Shown here in pieces: positions 51,234 to 61,983 of a stretch of 64,000 bases of DNA. The stretch covers positions 48,620,464-48,684,463 of the forward strand of contig NC_043011.1 of NCBI RefSeq assembly GCF_006345805.1. The letters run 5' to 3'. A program made the position numbers and the translations under genes. The number at the start of each line of letters is the position of its first letter. Position 1 is the first letter of the stretch. The notes beneath the pieces are model-generated. The model was not told the DNA's origin and did no database searches. It saw only the letters and a list, made by a program, of their open reading frames with translations. The stretch comes from Octopus sinensis (lineage: Eukaryota).

Positions 51234-51640
51234 TATGTGCATGTGCATATATATACATAGATATATATATTCATGCATATAAATGCAAATATATATATAT
51301 ATATACGTATATTTATATTTATGTATGTATATACATACACATATATACATATATATATATGTATGTATGTATATACATTTATTTATATTTATGTATGTAT
51401 ATACATACACATATATACATATGTATATGTATGCATGCATATAAAAATATTTATATTTATATTTTATATATATATATATGTATATATATGCACAAATATA
51501 CATATATGTATATATGTATGTATGTATGTATGTATATACATATATAAATATATACATGTTTCAAGACACACACATGTGCTTGTGTGTGTGTGTGTGTGTG
51601 TGTGTGTGTCAGTGTGTTTGTGTGTGTGTGTATATATTTT
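51110..51640. repeat. Compound (TA)/(GT) microsatellite
   Basis: Directly visible. Confidence 0.9.
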
Positions 51641-52054
51641 AATTTTCCCTTTGATTACTTTTTTGGTGTGTTGGGAGGGAGCGTAAAGGAAATTTTTGAC
51701 AATGTATCGTATAGGAGAAGACTTAGCTCATAGCAAGAAGAATACGGTGTGGGGGTGGGGCGGATTGGGGTGGGGTGGGGTAGGAGTGATTCAAGAAAAT
51801 GAAGAGAGAATAAAAAAAAGCAAATAGAAAAAATAATTATAAAGTAACAAAAAAAAAAGTGGGGGAAAAGAAAAATAGCATGAAGAAAGCGCCTCGCTTT
51901 TTGGTGTGATCAGATGAATGGAATAGAAATTGATCCAAAGCTAGAAGCAGCTAGTTATTGCCCAAATTGGTCTGTAAGAGTGTTAGAATCAATAGAGACA
52001 TAGTACAAAACTGCAAGAGCATTGAGAGAACAATCATCGTGGAATCAATGCTAT

Positions 52055-52352
52055 GAGGAAGATGAGGAGGAGGAGGAAGAAGAAGAAGAAGAAGAAGAAG
52101 AAGAAGAAGAAGAGAAGAGGAAGAAGAAGGAGATGAAGAAGAAGAAAGAGAAGAAGAAGAAAGAGAAGAAGAAGAAAGAGAAGAAGAAGAAAGAGAAGAA
52201 GGAGAAGAAGAAGAGGAAAAAGGAGAAGGAGATGAAGAAGAAGGAGAAGAAGAAGAAGGAGAAGAAGAAGTGAGAGAAGAAGGAGAAGAAGGAGAAGAAG
52301 GAGAAGAGGAAGAAGAAGTGAGAAGAAGGAGAAGAAGGAGAAGAAGGAGAAG

Positions 52353-52383
<31 letters not shown>

Positions 52384-52753
52384 GGAAGAAGTGGAAGAAG
52401 AAGAAGAAGTAGAAGAAGTGGAAGAAGAAGGAGTTGAAGAAGAAGAAGGTGAAGAAGAAGAGGGAGAAAGAAAAGAAGAAGAAGGAGAAGGAGAGAAAAA
52501 GGAGAAGAAGAAGGAGAAGTGAAGAAGTGGAAGAAGAAGGAGATGAAGAAGAAGAAGGTGAAGAAGAAGAGAAGAAAGAAAAGAAGAAGTAGAAGAAGAA
52601 GAATGAGGAGGAGAAGAAAAAGGAGAAAAAGAAGAAGAAGAAGAAGAAGAAGAAGAAGAAGAAGAAAAAGGAGAAGGAAAAGGAGAAGAAGAGGAAGAAG
52701 AAGGAGGAGGAGGAGAAGAAGAAGAAGAGGAAGAAGAAGGAGGAGGAGGAGAA

Positions 52754-52786
<33 letters not shown>

Positions 52787-52860
52787 AAAGGAGAAGGAAA
52801 AGGAGAAGAAGAGGAAGAAGAAGGAGGAGGAGGAGAAGAAGTGAAAGGAAGAGGAGTAAA
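52055..52860. repeat. ~800-bp (GAA/GGA)n polypurine tract
   Basis: Plus strand almost entirely A/G with rare T. Confidence 0.95.
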
Positions 52861-53349
52861 TAAGAACAGATGGAAAGAAATTGTTGGTGAAAATCAAGGC
52901 CTGAGTCTTTCTTATATTAAAGAGAATCTATGTCTGTTAATCCTCCATTGGAATGGAATGCAGTGGCTTCAGTATAGCAATAATAATAGCAACAACAACA
53001 ACAATAATAATGATTGAGAGGATGTTGGTGATTGTTAATCTGTTTGTTCCAGCATCTTTTTTTTTTTATTATTTTTGTTCTGAGTTCAAATCCAATAAAG
53101 GTCAGTTTTACAATTTCATCTTCAGTGGGGGATCAACATAATCAACTGCTCCCTGCGCCATCAAATTTGAGGCACCATGCCTTAAAAGAAATCGTCACCA
53201 TCACCACCTCAATCAGCATCAGCATCAGCATCAGCATCATCATCATCATGGAATGGTATTTCATCTATCGCTACATTCTGAGTTCAAATTCCACCGAGAT
53301 CAACTTTGCCTTTCATGTGACACAGTGACACAGAGGTCAACTTTGCCAT

Positions 53350-53892
53350 TCATGTGACACATCAAAGTGACAGAGGAGTACAATATACGAAGCCCAATAT
53401 ACTGATTATGACTACCTGTCTGATAAAGGTACACTAGGCACATGCATCACAACCATATGTGTGTGACATGATGATCTCATATCAAGACAAACAGTGCATG
53501 ACCTGGCAGGTGGAGCCCTGTTATAATTTTCTTGAGTTTGAGTAGCCCATCCTGCTTAAAGGTCCCTGAATAAGGGTTGTTTCAGGATGATGAACAAAAC
53601 ACCCATGTTTCCAGAGGTGAATTATTTAAATACCAAAGAATTCTTCTCAACACATGGTTATGATGCTCCCCCACTACATCTGCTCATGAACAGAGATGCA
53701 CATATCGTCAGCCACTAAGGGATATGCTCAACTGGTTAAGATCAAACAACTGACAAGCAAATCTGTGGTATTGAGCAGAATATTTGCTGTAGCCCATCTT
53801 TTATACCAAGACAAAACAATGTACATGATAACACTTCCAATCAGTTAAGATCAGAAATCACGAGAGCCACTGCCTGGTACTGCATCAGGGCA
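53350..53892. mobile_element. Unclassified interspersed repeat D (longest copy), bordered by (ATT)n
   Basis: Homologous to 54194-54375, 57075-57553 and 6480-6760; no ORF. Confidence 0.8.
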
Positions 53893-53899
53893 TTATTAT

Positions 53900-53932
<33 letters not shown>

Positions 53933-53947
53933 TATTATCTTTATTAG

Positions 53948-54157
53948 AAGGCAGCGATGCTGTTAGAATCGTTAGCATGCTGGGTGAAATGCTTAATGGT
54001 ATTTTGTCTGCCACTACATTCTGAGTTCAAATTCTGCCAAGGTTGACTTTGCCTTTTATTCTTTCAGGGTCGATTAAATAAGTACCAGTTACATAGTGTG
54101 GTCACTGTAATTGACTTAATCCGTTCCCCCAAATTTGAGGCTTTGTGCTTCTTGTGA

Positions 54158-54194
<37 letters not shown>

Positions 54195-54549
54195 GAGTGA
54201 GAGAGCAGTTCATGCCATCAAAGTGACACTGGGGTAAAATATACGAAGCCCAATATACCCATCATGACTACCCGTCTGATAAGGGTACACCAGGCACATG
54301 CATCACAACCATATGTGCACGACATGGTGATCTCATATCAAGATAAACAGCACATGACCTTGCAGGTGGGGCCCATTATTATTATTATTATTATTATTAT
54401 ATTATTATTATTTTCTTTATTAGAAGGCAGTGAGCTGACAGAATCGTCAGCATGCTGGGTTGATTTAATCGACTAGTCCCCTCCTCCAAGTCTCAGGCCT
54501 TGTGCTTCCTGTAGAAAGAATTATTATTATTATTATTATTATTATTGTT

Positions 54550-54580
<31 letters not shown>

Positions 54581-55020
54581 AGGCAGTGAGCTGGCAGAAT
54601 TGTCAGAGCATCAGGGGAAAATGCCTTGTAAAACCTGTTCTGGTTCTTTATCCTGTTGAATTCAACTTCACCTTTCATCCTTCCAGATTCGATAAAAATT
54701 ACATCACTAAAGTCGTGGAACTGATTGTATCACCTAACACTCTCCCATCAAAATTGCTAGCCTTGCATCTAACTCAGAAGCTATTCTTATTCTTACTATT
54801 ATTAAGGTAGCAACCTGGCAGAAGTATTAGAGCTTAGCCGCTTCTTTTCTGGCTCTTAATGTTCTGAATTATAATCCTGCGAACATTGATTTTTGCCTTT
54901 CATCCTTTTAGGGTTGGTTGGATAAAATAAATACCATCTGAGTGCCAAGGTTAATATACTTGATGTACCCCCTATTCCTAAAAATAACTGACCTTGTGCT
55001 GAAATTTTAAAGCGTTAAGG
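53948..55020 (+). mobile_element. Cluster of SINE B copies and a truncated D copy (54194-54375) separated by (ATT)n/(ATC)n
   Basis: B heads at about 53948, 54425, 54580 and 54806. Confidence 0.8.
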
Positions 55021-55063
55021 CAATGACAATAATAATAATAATAATAACAATAATAATAATAAT

Positions 55064-55254
55064 AGTCAAGATGAAGAGCGCAATTTGATTGTAAGATATT
55101 TTATTAGTTGAACGATATTTCAACAGTAAGTGTGTCTTTGCCAAGTTCAAAATAAGAACTTCTTATTTTGAACTTGACAAAGACACACTTACTGTTGAAA
55201 TATCGTTCAACTAATAAAATATCTTACAATCGAATTGCGCTCTTTGTCTTGACT
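55064..55254. repeat. 191-bp near-perfect palindrome
   Basis: 95-bp arms around a single C at 55159; four mismatches counted. Confidence 0.95.
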
Positions 55255-55368
55255 CCTTAAATCCTTAAAAATGTTTTAGCCCGAAGGCCGCGGCCATTCT
55301 GGGGCACCTTTGTGAAGAGTTACGTCAATCCTTTTTTAAAATATAATAACAACAACAACAACAACAAC

Positions 55369-55409
<41 letters not shown>

Positions 55410-55419
55410 TAATAATAAT

Positions 55420-55637
55420 AATCCTTTTTACTATAAGCACAATGCCTGAAATATGGGGAAAGGGGATAGTCAATTACATTGACCCCAGTACTCAGCTGGT
55501 ACTTATTTTATCAACCCTGAAAGGATTAGAGGCAGAGTCAGTCTCGGTGGAATTTGAACTCAGATGAAATGACACTAAGCCCAGAATGCTAATGTTTCTG
55601 CCAGCTTGCCACATTATTATTATTATTAATAATAATA

Positions 55638-55702
<65 letters not shown>

Positions 55703-55716
55703 TGATAATAATAATG

Positions 55717-55779
<63 letters not shown>

Positions 55780-56205
55780 TAATAATAATGATAATAATCC
55801 TTTCTACTAAAAGCATAAGGCCTGAAATTTAGAAGGAGGGGATTGGTTGATTACTAGTTGATCACATCAACCCCAGTGTTTCCCTAGTACCTATTTTATT
55901 GACCCCAAATGGATGAAAGACAAAGTCAACCTTGGTAGAATTTGGACTCAGAACGTAACGACAGGTGAAATACCTATTTCTTTATTACCCACAAGGGGCT
56001 AAACACAGAGGGGACAAACAAGGACAGACATAGGTATTAAGTCGATTACATCGACCCCAGTGCGTAACTGGTACTTAATTTATCGACCCCGAAAGGATGA
56101 AAGGCAAAGTCGACCTCGCGGAATTTGAACTCACAATGTAATGCAGACGAAATACCGCTAAGCATTTCGCCCGGCGTGCTAACGTTTCTGCCAGCTCGCC
56201 GCCTT
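55420..56205 (-). mobile_element. SINE family B copies (55420-55612; dimer 55797-56205) flanking (AAT)n
   Basis: Reverse B units; the distal monomer retains many CpGs. Confidence 0.88.
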
Positions 56206-56774
56206 ATCAATAATAATAGTAACGATAATACCTTTGAGCCATTGATTTGGTTGTTGTTGATTAACATCTGCCACTCTAAGCCTTTCTGAGAATTTATCAT
56301 GCATATCATGTCCTGTTTCACTCCAATAGTTGTAAAGTGCTTAGGGATTCTGGCATAATACAGATAAGCAGTGAAGAGAAAGAGACACCTTGAAAATTTA
56401 TTATCATTATTAATATTATTATTGTTGTTGTTGTTGTTGTTATTAAGCTAATACAAATTAAACAAATTATCATGAATTTTATCTTTAGGTTTGGTGACAA
56501 CAAGCTTCCTCAAAGTATATTTATTAGAATTCTTATAGAATATAGGATGGTACTTTATCTTGCAGGTTGACAATGTATGTCTCAATAGCAATCTCTTTCA
56601 GTCTTTTAGAGAGAATTTTGGATATTGTACCAAATGTACCAATTACTAAAGAAATGACTGTTGGTTTTTTTATCATCCACATTCTTTTCAACACTCAGGC
56701 CAGATCCTGGGAGCAGCATCCGCAAAGCTGATTGTAAAACAAACTTCCTAACCATAAAACAATACATCTCACCT

Positions 56775-56994
56775 TATAGAGCTTGTGCTACTAAAGGCAG
56801 AACGTCTGAAATTTGTGGGGAAGGATCTAGTTGATGACATCGACCCCTGTACTTTACAGTTACTTAATTTATCAAGTCTGAATGGATGAAAGGCAAAGTC
56901 AACCTCAGCAGAATTTGAACTCAGAATGTAAGGATGGACGAAATGCTGCTAAGCATTTTGCCTGACATACTAACAGTTCTGCCAGCTTGCTACC

Positions 56995-56995
<1 letters not shown>
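56775..56995 (-). mobile_element. SINE family B
   Basis: Reverse copy followed by an (AAT)n/(ATT)n switch. Confidence 0.82.
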
Positions 56996-57041
<46 letters not shown>

Positions 57042-57074
57042 TATTATTATTATTATTATTATTATTAATATTAT

Positions 57075-57553
57075 TATTGAGTGAGAGAGCAGTGCATGCC
57101 ATCAAAGTGACACTGGGGTACAAATATACGAAGCCCAATATACCCATCATGACTACCCGTCTGATAAGGGTACACCAGGCATATGCATCACAACCATATG
57201 TGCGTGACATGGTGATCTCATATCAAGATAAACAGCACATGACCTTGCAGGTGGGGCCCAGTTAGAATTTTCTTCAGGTCGAGTAGCCCGTCCCGCTCAA
57301 AAGGTCCCTGAATAAGGGTTGTTTAAGGATGTTGAAAGAACCACCCATATTTCCAGAGGTGAATTATTCAAACCTTAAAGAATCTCTCTCAACACATGGC
57401 TATGATGCTCCACCACTACTTCTGCTCATGATCAGAGATGCGCATATCATCAGCCACTAAGGGACATGCTCAACTGGTTAAGGTCAAACAACTGACAAGC
57501 AAATCTGCAGTATCGAGCAGAATATTTGCTGTTCGTCCATCTTTTATACCAAG
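57075..57553. mobile_element. Unclassified repeat D
   Basis: ttgagtgagagagcagtgcatgccatcaaagtgacactgggg...cttttataccaaga. Confidence 0.82.
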
Positions 57554-58299
57554 ATTATTATTACTATCTTTGGTGCCATGTTCTCTCTACAGCATCAGAT
57601 ACTGTAATTCTGAATTTGCTAAATGATAGATGATCGCTATTATTCTATAACATCATTTCTGAAAGAAAATATGACTTGATAGAACATACATAAACAATTT
57701 AGTACTTCATTGGTAGCTCAATGAATAAGTACCATTTAAAGACAACATCTATCAGATCGAAATTGGAGGAGTAACATCAGAATGATATGATTCAAATAGC
57801 TTGATAAATTTCTGTGGTTACCAAGTTTCGGTGATGTTCAGATTTGATATACAACAATGGTGTTCAAGATGGTTATGCTTCACTGATGTCAAAGTTTCAT
57901 ATACTTCCATAATATCCATGGCATGCATACTTCAATAATATCCTAGTTTAATACTCTTTGGTGATATCCAAGTTCCGTATACTTCAGTGATATCAAAATG
58001 ATATCACTGATATGCTCAGTTTTAGCTTTACTGCATTACATAATCCAAAATGTATTGGTTAGGATATCTTGCTGCATTGTGTAAGTATCATGAAACATTT
58101 TATTGAATAGAAAGAGTTTAAAGATGCAAGAAAAACTTGGAATGGATTGGATGCAGGCCAGGTTTCCTATTGATCTTATTTATAGAAAGAAATCCAAGGA
58201 TTCATGTGTGTGTATGTGTGCATGCAAGTGCCTGTGTATATTAAAGATAGACAGAGAGAGACAGTTAGAGAGAGATGGAGAAAGACAGAGAGGGCAAAA

Positions 58300-58300
58300 C

Positions 58301-58352
<52 letters not shown>

Positions 58353-58505
58353 GTATATATATATATATACATATTATATATATACATATATATATACATA
58401 TATATATACATATATATATATATATACACATATATATACATATATATATACATATATATATATACATTTATATATATACATATATACATATATATATATA
58501 TAGAA
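58300..58505. repeat. (TA)n/(TATACA)n microsatellite
   Basis: Directly visible. Confidence 0.92.
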
Positions 58506-58934
58506 AAAGTGTGTGTTTGTGTGTATTTTCTTCATATTTCAGAATTACAGAAATTTTATAGCTCAAAGATCAGAGCATATCGTATTGGTTCAAAAAAGAA
58601 TCCCCAACCCAACAGAAAAGTCAAAAATAAAAATAAAATAACATAAAATGTATCACAGCCAACTGTAAAAGTACAAACTAATAAATCTTTAAGATGAGGT
58701 CTAAACGATTGGAAGTGCCAACTACATGGCATTATCTGAATGTTTGACATTATACAAGTTATTGATTAAAATATTGAGATTTTGATTTGACTTTTCACAC
58801 TGCACCAAGTTTCACTGCTTTTTTGCAGGAAATTTTTAAAGGGTACTTGGTAAAATATGTTCTTGAAAACGTTGAGAGAAATTGAACCCATTACACCATT
58901 TCAGTTCTATATTTAAGAGATGAGGAATTATGAG

Positions 58935-59044
58935 TATTATTTACATTTTTGACATTTGACGGATATTTGTCCTCATCTTGTTTGTTGTAAACAACAAACA
59001 AGCTGAGGACAAATATCCGTCAAATGTCAAAAATGTAAATAATA
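58935..59044. repeat. 110-bp fold-back palindrome of the Penelope-like terminal repeat
   Basis: 54-bp arms with one mismatch around aa (58989-58990); arm sequence matches 61481-61525. Confidence 0.92.
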
Positions 59045-59131
59045 ACATCATTTATTTACTGATGGTTTTTACTGTATGTTTTTATTGTATGTTTTATGAG
59101 AAATTAAGAAATAAATTAAAATAAACTTATA

Positions 59132-59575
59132 AGCACAGGCATGGTTGAGTTGTAAGAAGTTTGCTTCCCAACCACACGGTTTCAGGTTCAGTCCCACTGC
59201 ATGGCACCTTGGGCAAGTGTCTTCTACTATCGCCTCAGGCAGATCAAATCTTGTGAGTGGATTTGGTAGATGAAAACTGAAAGAAGTCCACCATGTGAGT
59301 GTGTGTGTGTGCATATGTATGTATCTATATATATATCTATGTGTGTGCATGTGCGTGTGTGTTTGTGTCTGTGTTTGTACCCCATCAGTGCTTAACAACC
59401 AGTGTTGGTGTGTTTACATCCCCATAACTTAACAGTTTGGTAAAAGAAACCAATAGAGTAAGTACTAGGCTTTAAAAAATGTCCTGAGGATGATCTCCTT
59501 AGCTAAAATCCTTCAAGGTGGTGCTCCAGCATGGCCATAGCCAAAACAACAGAAGCAAGTAAACGATAAAAGATA
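59132..59575 (+). mobile_element. SINE family A, diverged
   Basis: Family A layout. Confidence 0.85.
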
Positions 59576-60396
59576 TAGAACAGGATAACAAAATATATTT
59601 CTCAAAAAACAGTTTTCTAAGAAAAGAAAAACAAGTTACTTTTATCCCCAACATCAGCCCTGATTAAGTAAAGACAAGCTAACCATGACCATCCCATCTT
59701 TAATGCAAATGCAGTCTATTCAATATATTTTTTTATGGTTTACTTTAAAAAAATAAAGACTACAATGTGATTTGAGGGAGAATTCGCAGCTATTTTTAGC
59801 AGGTCAAACAACCACATGGAGGCTTCCACATTGTTGCGTTAGAAGAGTCCCCGGAATTTCTATTTAAACAGACCAATAACTAATCAAACGGTACATTTAC
59901 TGAGCTAATATGCGAATACAAATAAGTTTGAACAACATAATGGAAACATGATTTCATAAAACATTTCATTTTTTCCTGAAGAAAGGCCATGCCGAAAACA
60001 TGACAATTCACAAATCCACGAAGATATACAAACGTAGTCCTATCTGTAAAATTCTATTTGGTACTTCTTTATTCTGTTTTATTTTATCCTATTTATTTAG
60101 CTAATAAGATTCTGACCAATAGTTCTCAAAACTTTTCGAGAATAGTAACCAACTTTACAGAATGGCATTTTACAAATACCACCTTTCCCAGGTTTGAGGG
60201 GAAAAAAATGCAGATTATTTTGATCAAAAAGGAGCAAATAATGTGCAGTAACTTACTTATATAGTCAGACCCTTCCAGGATCTTCTTGGAATCCTGTAAT
60301 AAACTTATATGAAAATTATTAAAGAAATCTAAGATTTCTTTAACTTTTACAATTCTATATTTGAGAGATAAAGAATTATTTTACATTATTTATATT

Positions 60397-60805
60397 TACT
60401 CTTTTACTCTTTTTACTTGTTTCAGTAATTTCACTGCGGCCATGCAGGAGCACCGCCTTTAGTTCAGCAAACTAACCCCAGGACTTATTCTTTGTAAGCC
60501 TAGTACTTATTCTATCGGCCTCTTTTGCCGAACTGCTAAGTTACAGAGACGTAAACACACCAGCATTGGTTGTCAAGCGATGTTGTGGGGACAAACACAG
60601 ACACACAAACATATACACATGCGTACATATATATACATATATACGACGGGCTTTTTTCAGTTTCCGTCTACCAAATCCATTCACAAGGCTTTGGTCGGCC
60701 CGAGGCTATGGTAGAAGACACTTGCCCAAGGTGCCACACAGTGAGACTGAACCCGGAACCATGCAGTTCGTAAGCAAGCTACTTACCACACAGCCACTCC
60801 TACGC
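60397..60805 (-). mobile_element. SINE family A
   Basis: Full-length reverse copy. Confidence 0.9.
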
Positions 60806-60845
60806 CTATATTTGACAGATATTTTTACTCATCTTGTTTGTTGTT

Positions 60846-60891
60846 AATACAATGTTTTGGCTGATATATTCTCCAGCCTTCATCAGGTGTT
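60846..60891 (-). ncRNA. Hammerhead-like motif (GAAA mutated to AAAA)
   Basis: AACAC CTGATGA A GGCTG-loop-CAGCC AAAA CATT GTATT. Confidence 0.45.
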
Positions 60892-60948
60892 TTGGAGAAA
60901 TTTCAAACCTAGGTTCTCATTTCTAAGGTATTTTTCGATATTATTATA

Positions 60949-61004
<56 letters not shown>

Positions 61005-61312
61005 TATTATTCAGGTCACTGCCTGGAATATTCATTTCTGCACTCGGTCTGCTTAGGGGGTTATTATTACCTAGCACATGTGCTGTTTCTTTTAGTTTTC
61101 ATATTTTCCAGTGGTGTTCTCTGTCTATTATTTTAACTTCATCCCACTAGGATGAAATAAAATAAGACCCACTGCCACCTGTGGGAGGAAGTTAAAATAA
61201 TAGACAGAGAAAACCAGTGGAAAATACGAAAACTAAAAGAAGCAGCACACATGCTAGGACATAATAACCTCCTAAGCAGACCGAGTGCAGATATGAGTAT
61301 TCCAGGCAGTGA

Positions 61313-61372
<60 letters not shown>

Positions 61373-61433
61373 TAATAATAATAATACCAAAAAATACCTT
61401 AGGAATGAGAACCCAGGTTTGAAATTTCCCCAA

Positions 61434-61479
61434 GACACCTGAAGAAGGCTGGAGAGTATATCAGCCGAAATGTTGTGTT
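61434..61479 (+). ncRNA. Minimal type I hammerhead ribozyme candidate
   Basis: GACAC CTGAAGA A GGCTG-gagagtatat-CAGCC GAAA TGTT GTGTT; 5-bp stem I and 5-bp stem II. Confidence 0.6.
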
Positions 61480-61556
61480 AACAACAAACAAGATGAGGAC
61501 AAATATCTATTAAATGTAAATAATGTTTTTAAACTTTTATCTTTATATTTTATCTT

Positions 61557-61983
61557 CTTCTTGTTTAAGTCATTAAACTGTGGCCATACTGGGGCACTAC
61601 CTTGAAGAAATTTTCTTTCTTTTGTTTAGTCTAATAAATCGACCCCAGTACTTATTTTTTCAGCCTAGAACTATTCTTTCAGTCTCTTTTGTTGAAACAC
61701 TAACAAAATAGGGATGTCAACACACCAACACCAGTTGTGAAGCATTAATTGGGGAGAAACACAGGCACAATGACAGACATGCATACATGTATGTATATAT
61801 ATATAAATAAATATATATATACATACAACATTCTTCTTTTGGTTTCTGTCTACCAAATCCACTCACTTATTTTTGGGTTGGCCCAAGGCTATAGTAGAAG
61901 ACACTTGCCCAAGTTGCCATGCAGTGGGACTGAACGTGGAACCATGTGGTTGGGAAGAAAGCTTCATACCACACAGCCACACC
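61557..61983 (-). mobile_element. SINE family A, diverged
   Basis: Reverse copy. Confidence 0.82.

Larger units (their letters stand above)
60806..61515. mobile_element. Large fold-back element: ~340-bp inverted arms, each with (AAT)n and a hammerhead-like motif
   Basis: 60806-61147 is the diverged reverse complement of 61181-61515; 33-nt spacer. Confidence 0.8.

Noticed and set aside
52022-52897. 287-aa Phe/Ser/Leu ORF and Lys/Arg/Glu-rich ORFs
   Set aside because: They arise from the GAA/GGA tract; homopolymeric composition and no domain
1835-58646. Numerous [12 protein letters not shown] and HT/THTH ORFs in the ORF track
   Set aside because: Translations of (TA)n, (GT)n and (CA)n microsatellites, which lack stop codons by construction
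59972-60010. CTGAAGA AA GGC-cat-GCC GAAAACATGAC hammerhead-like string
   Set aside because: Extra bases, no UH cleavage triplet in register, and no stem I pairing
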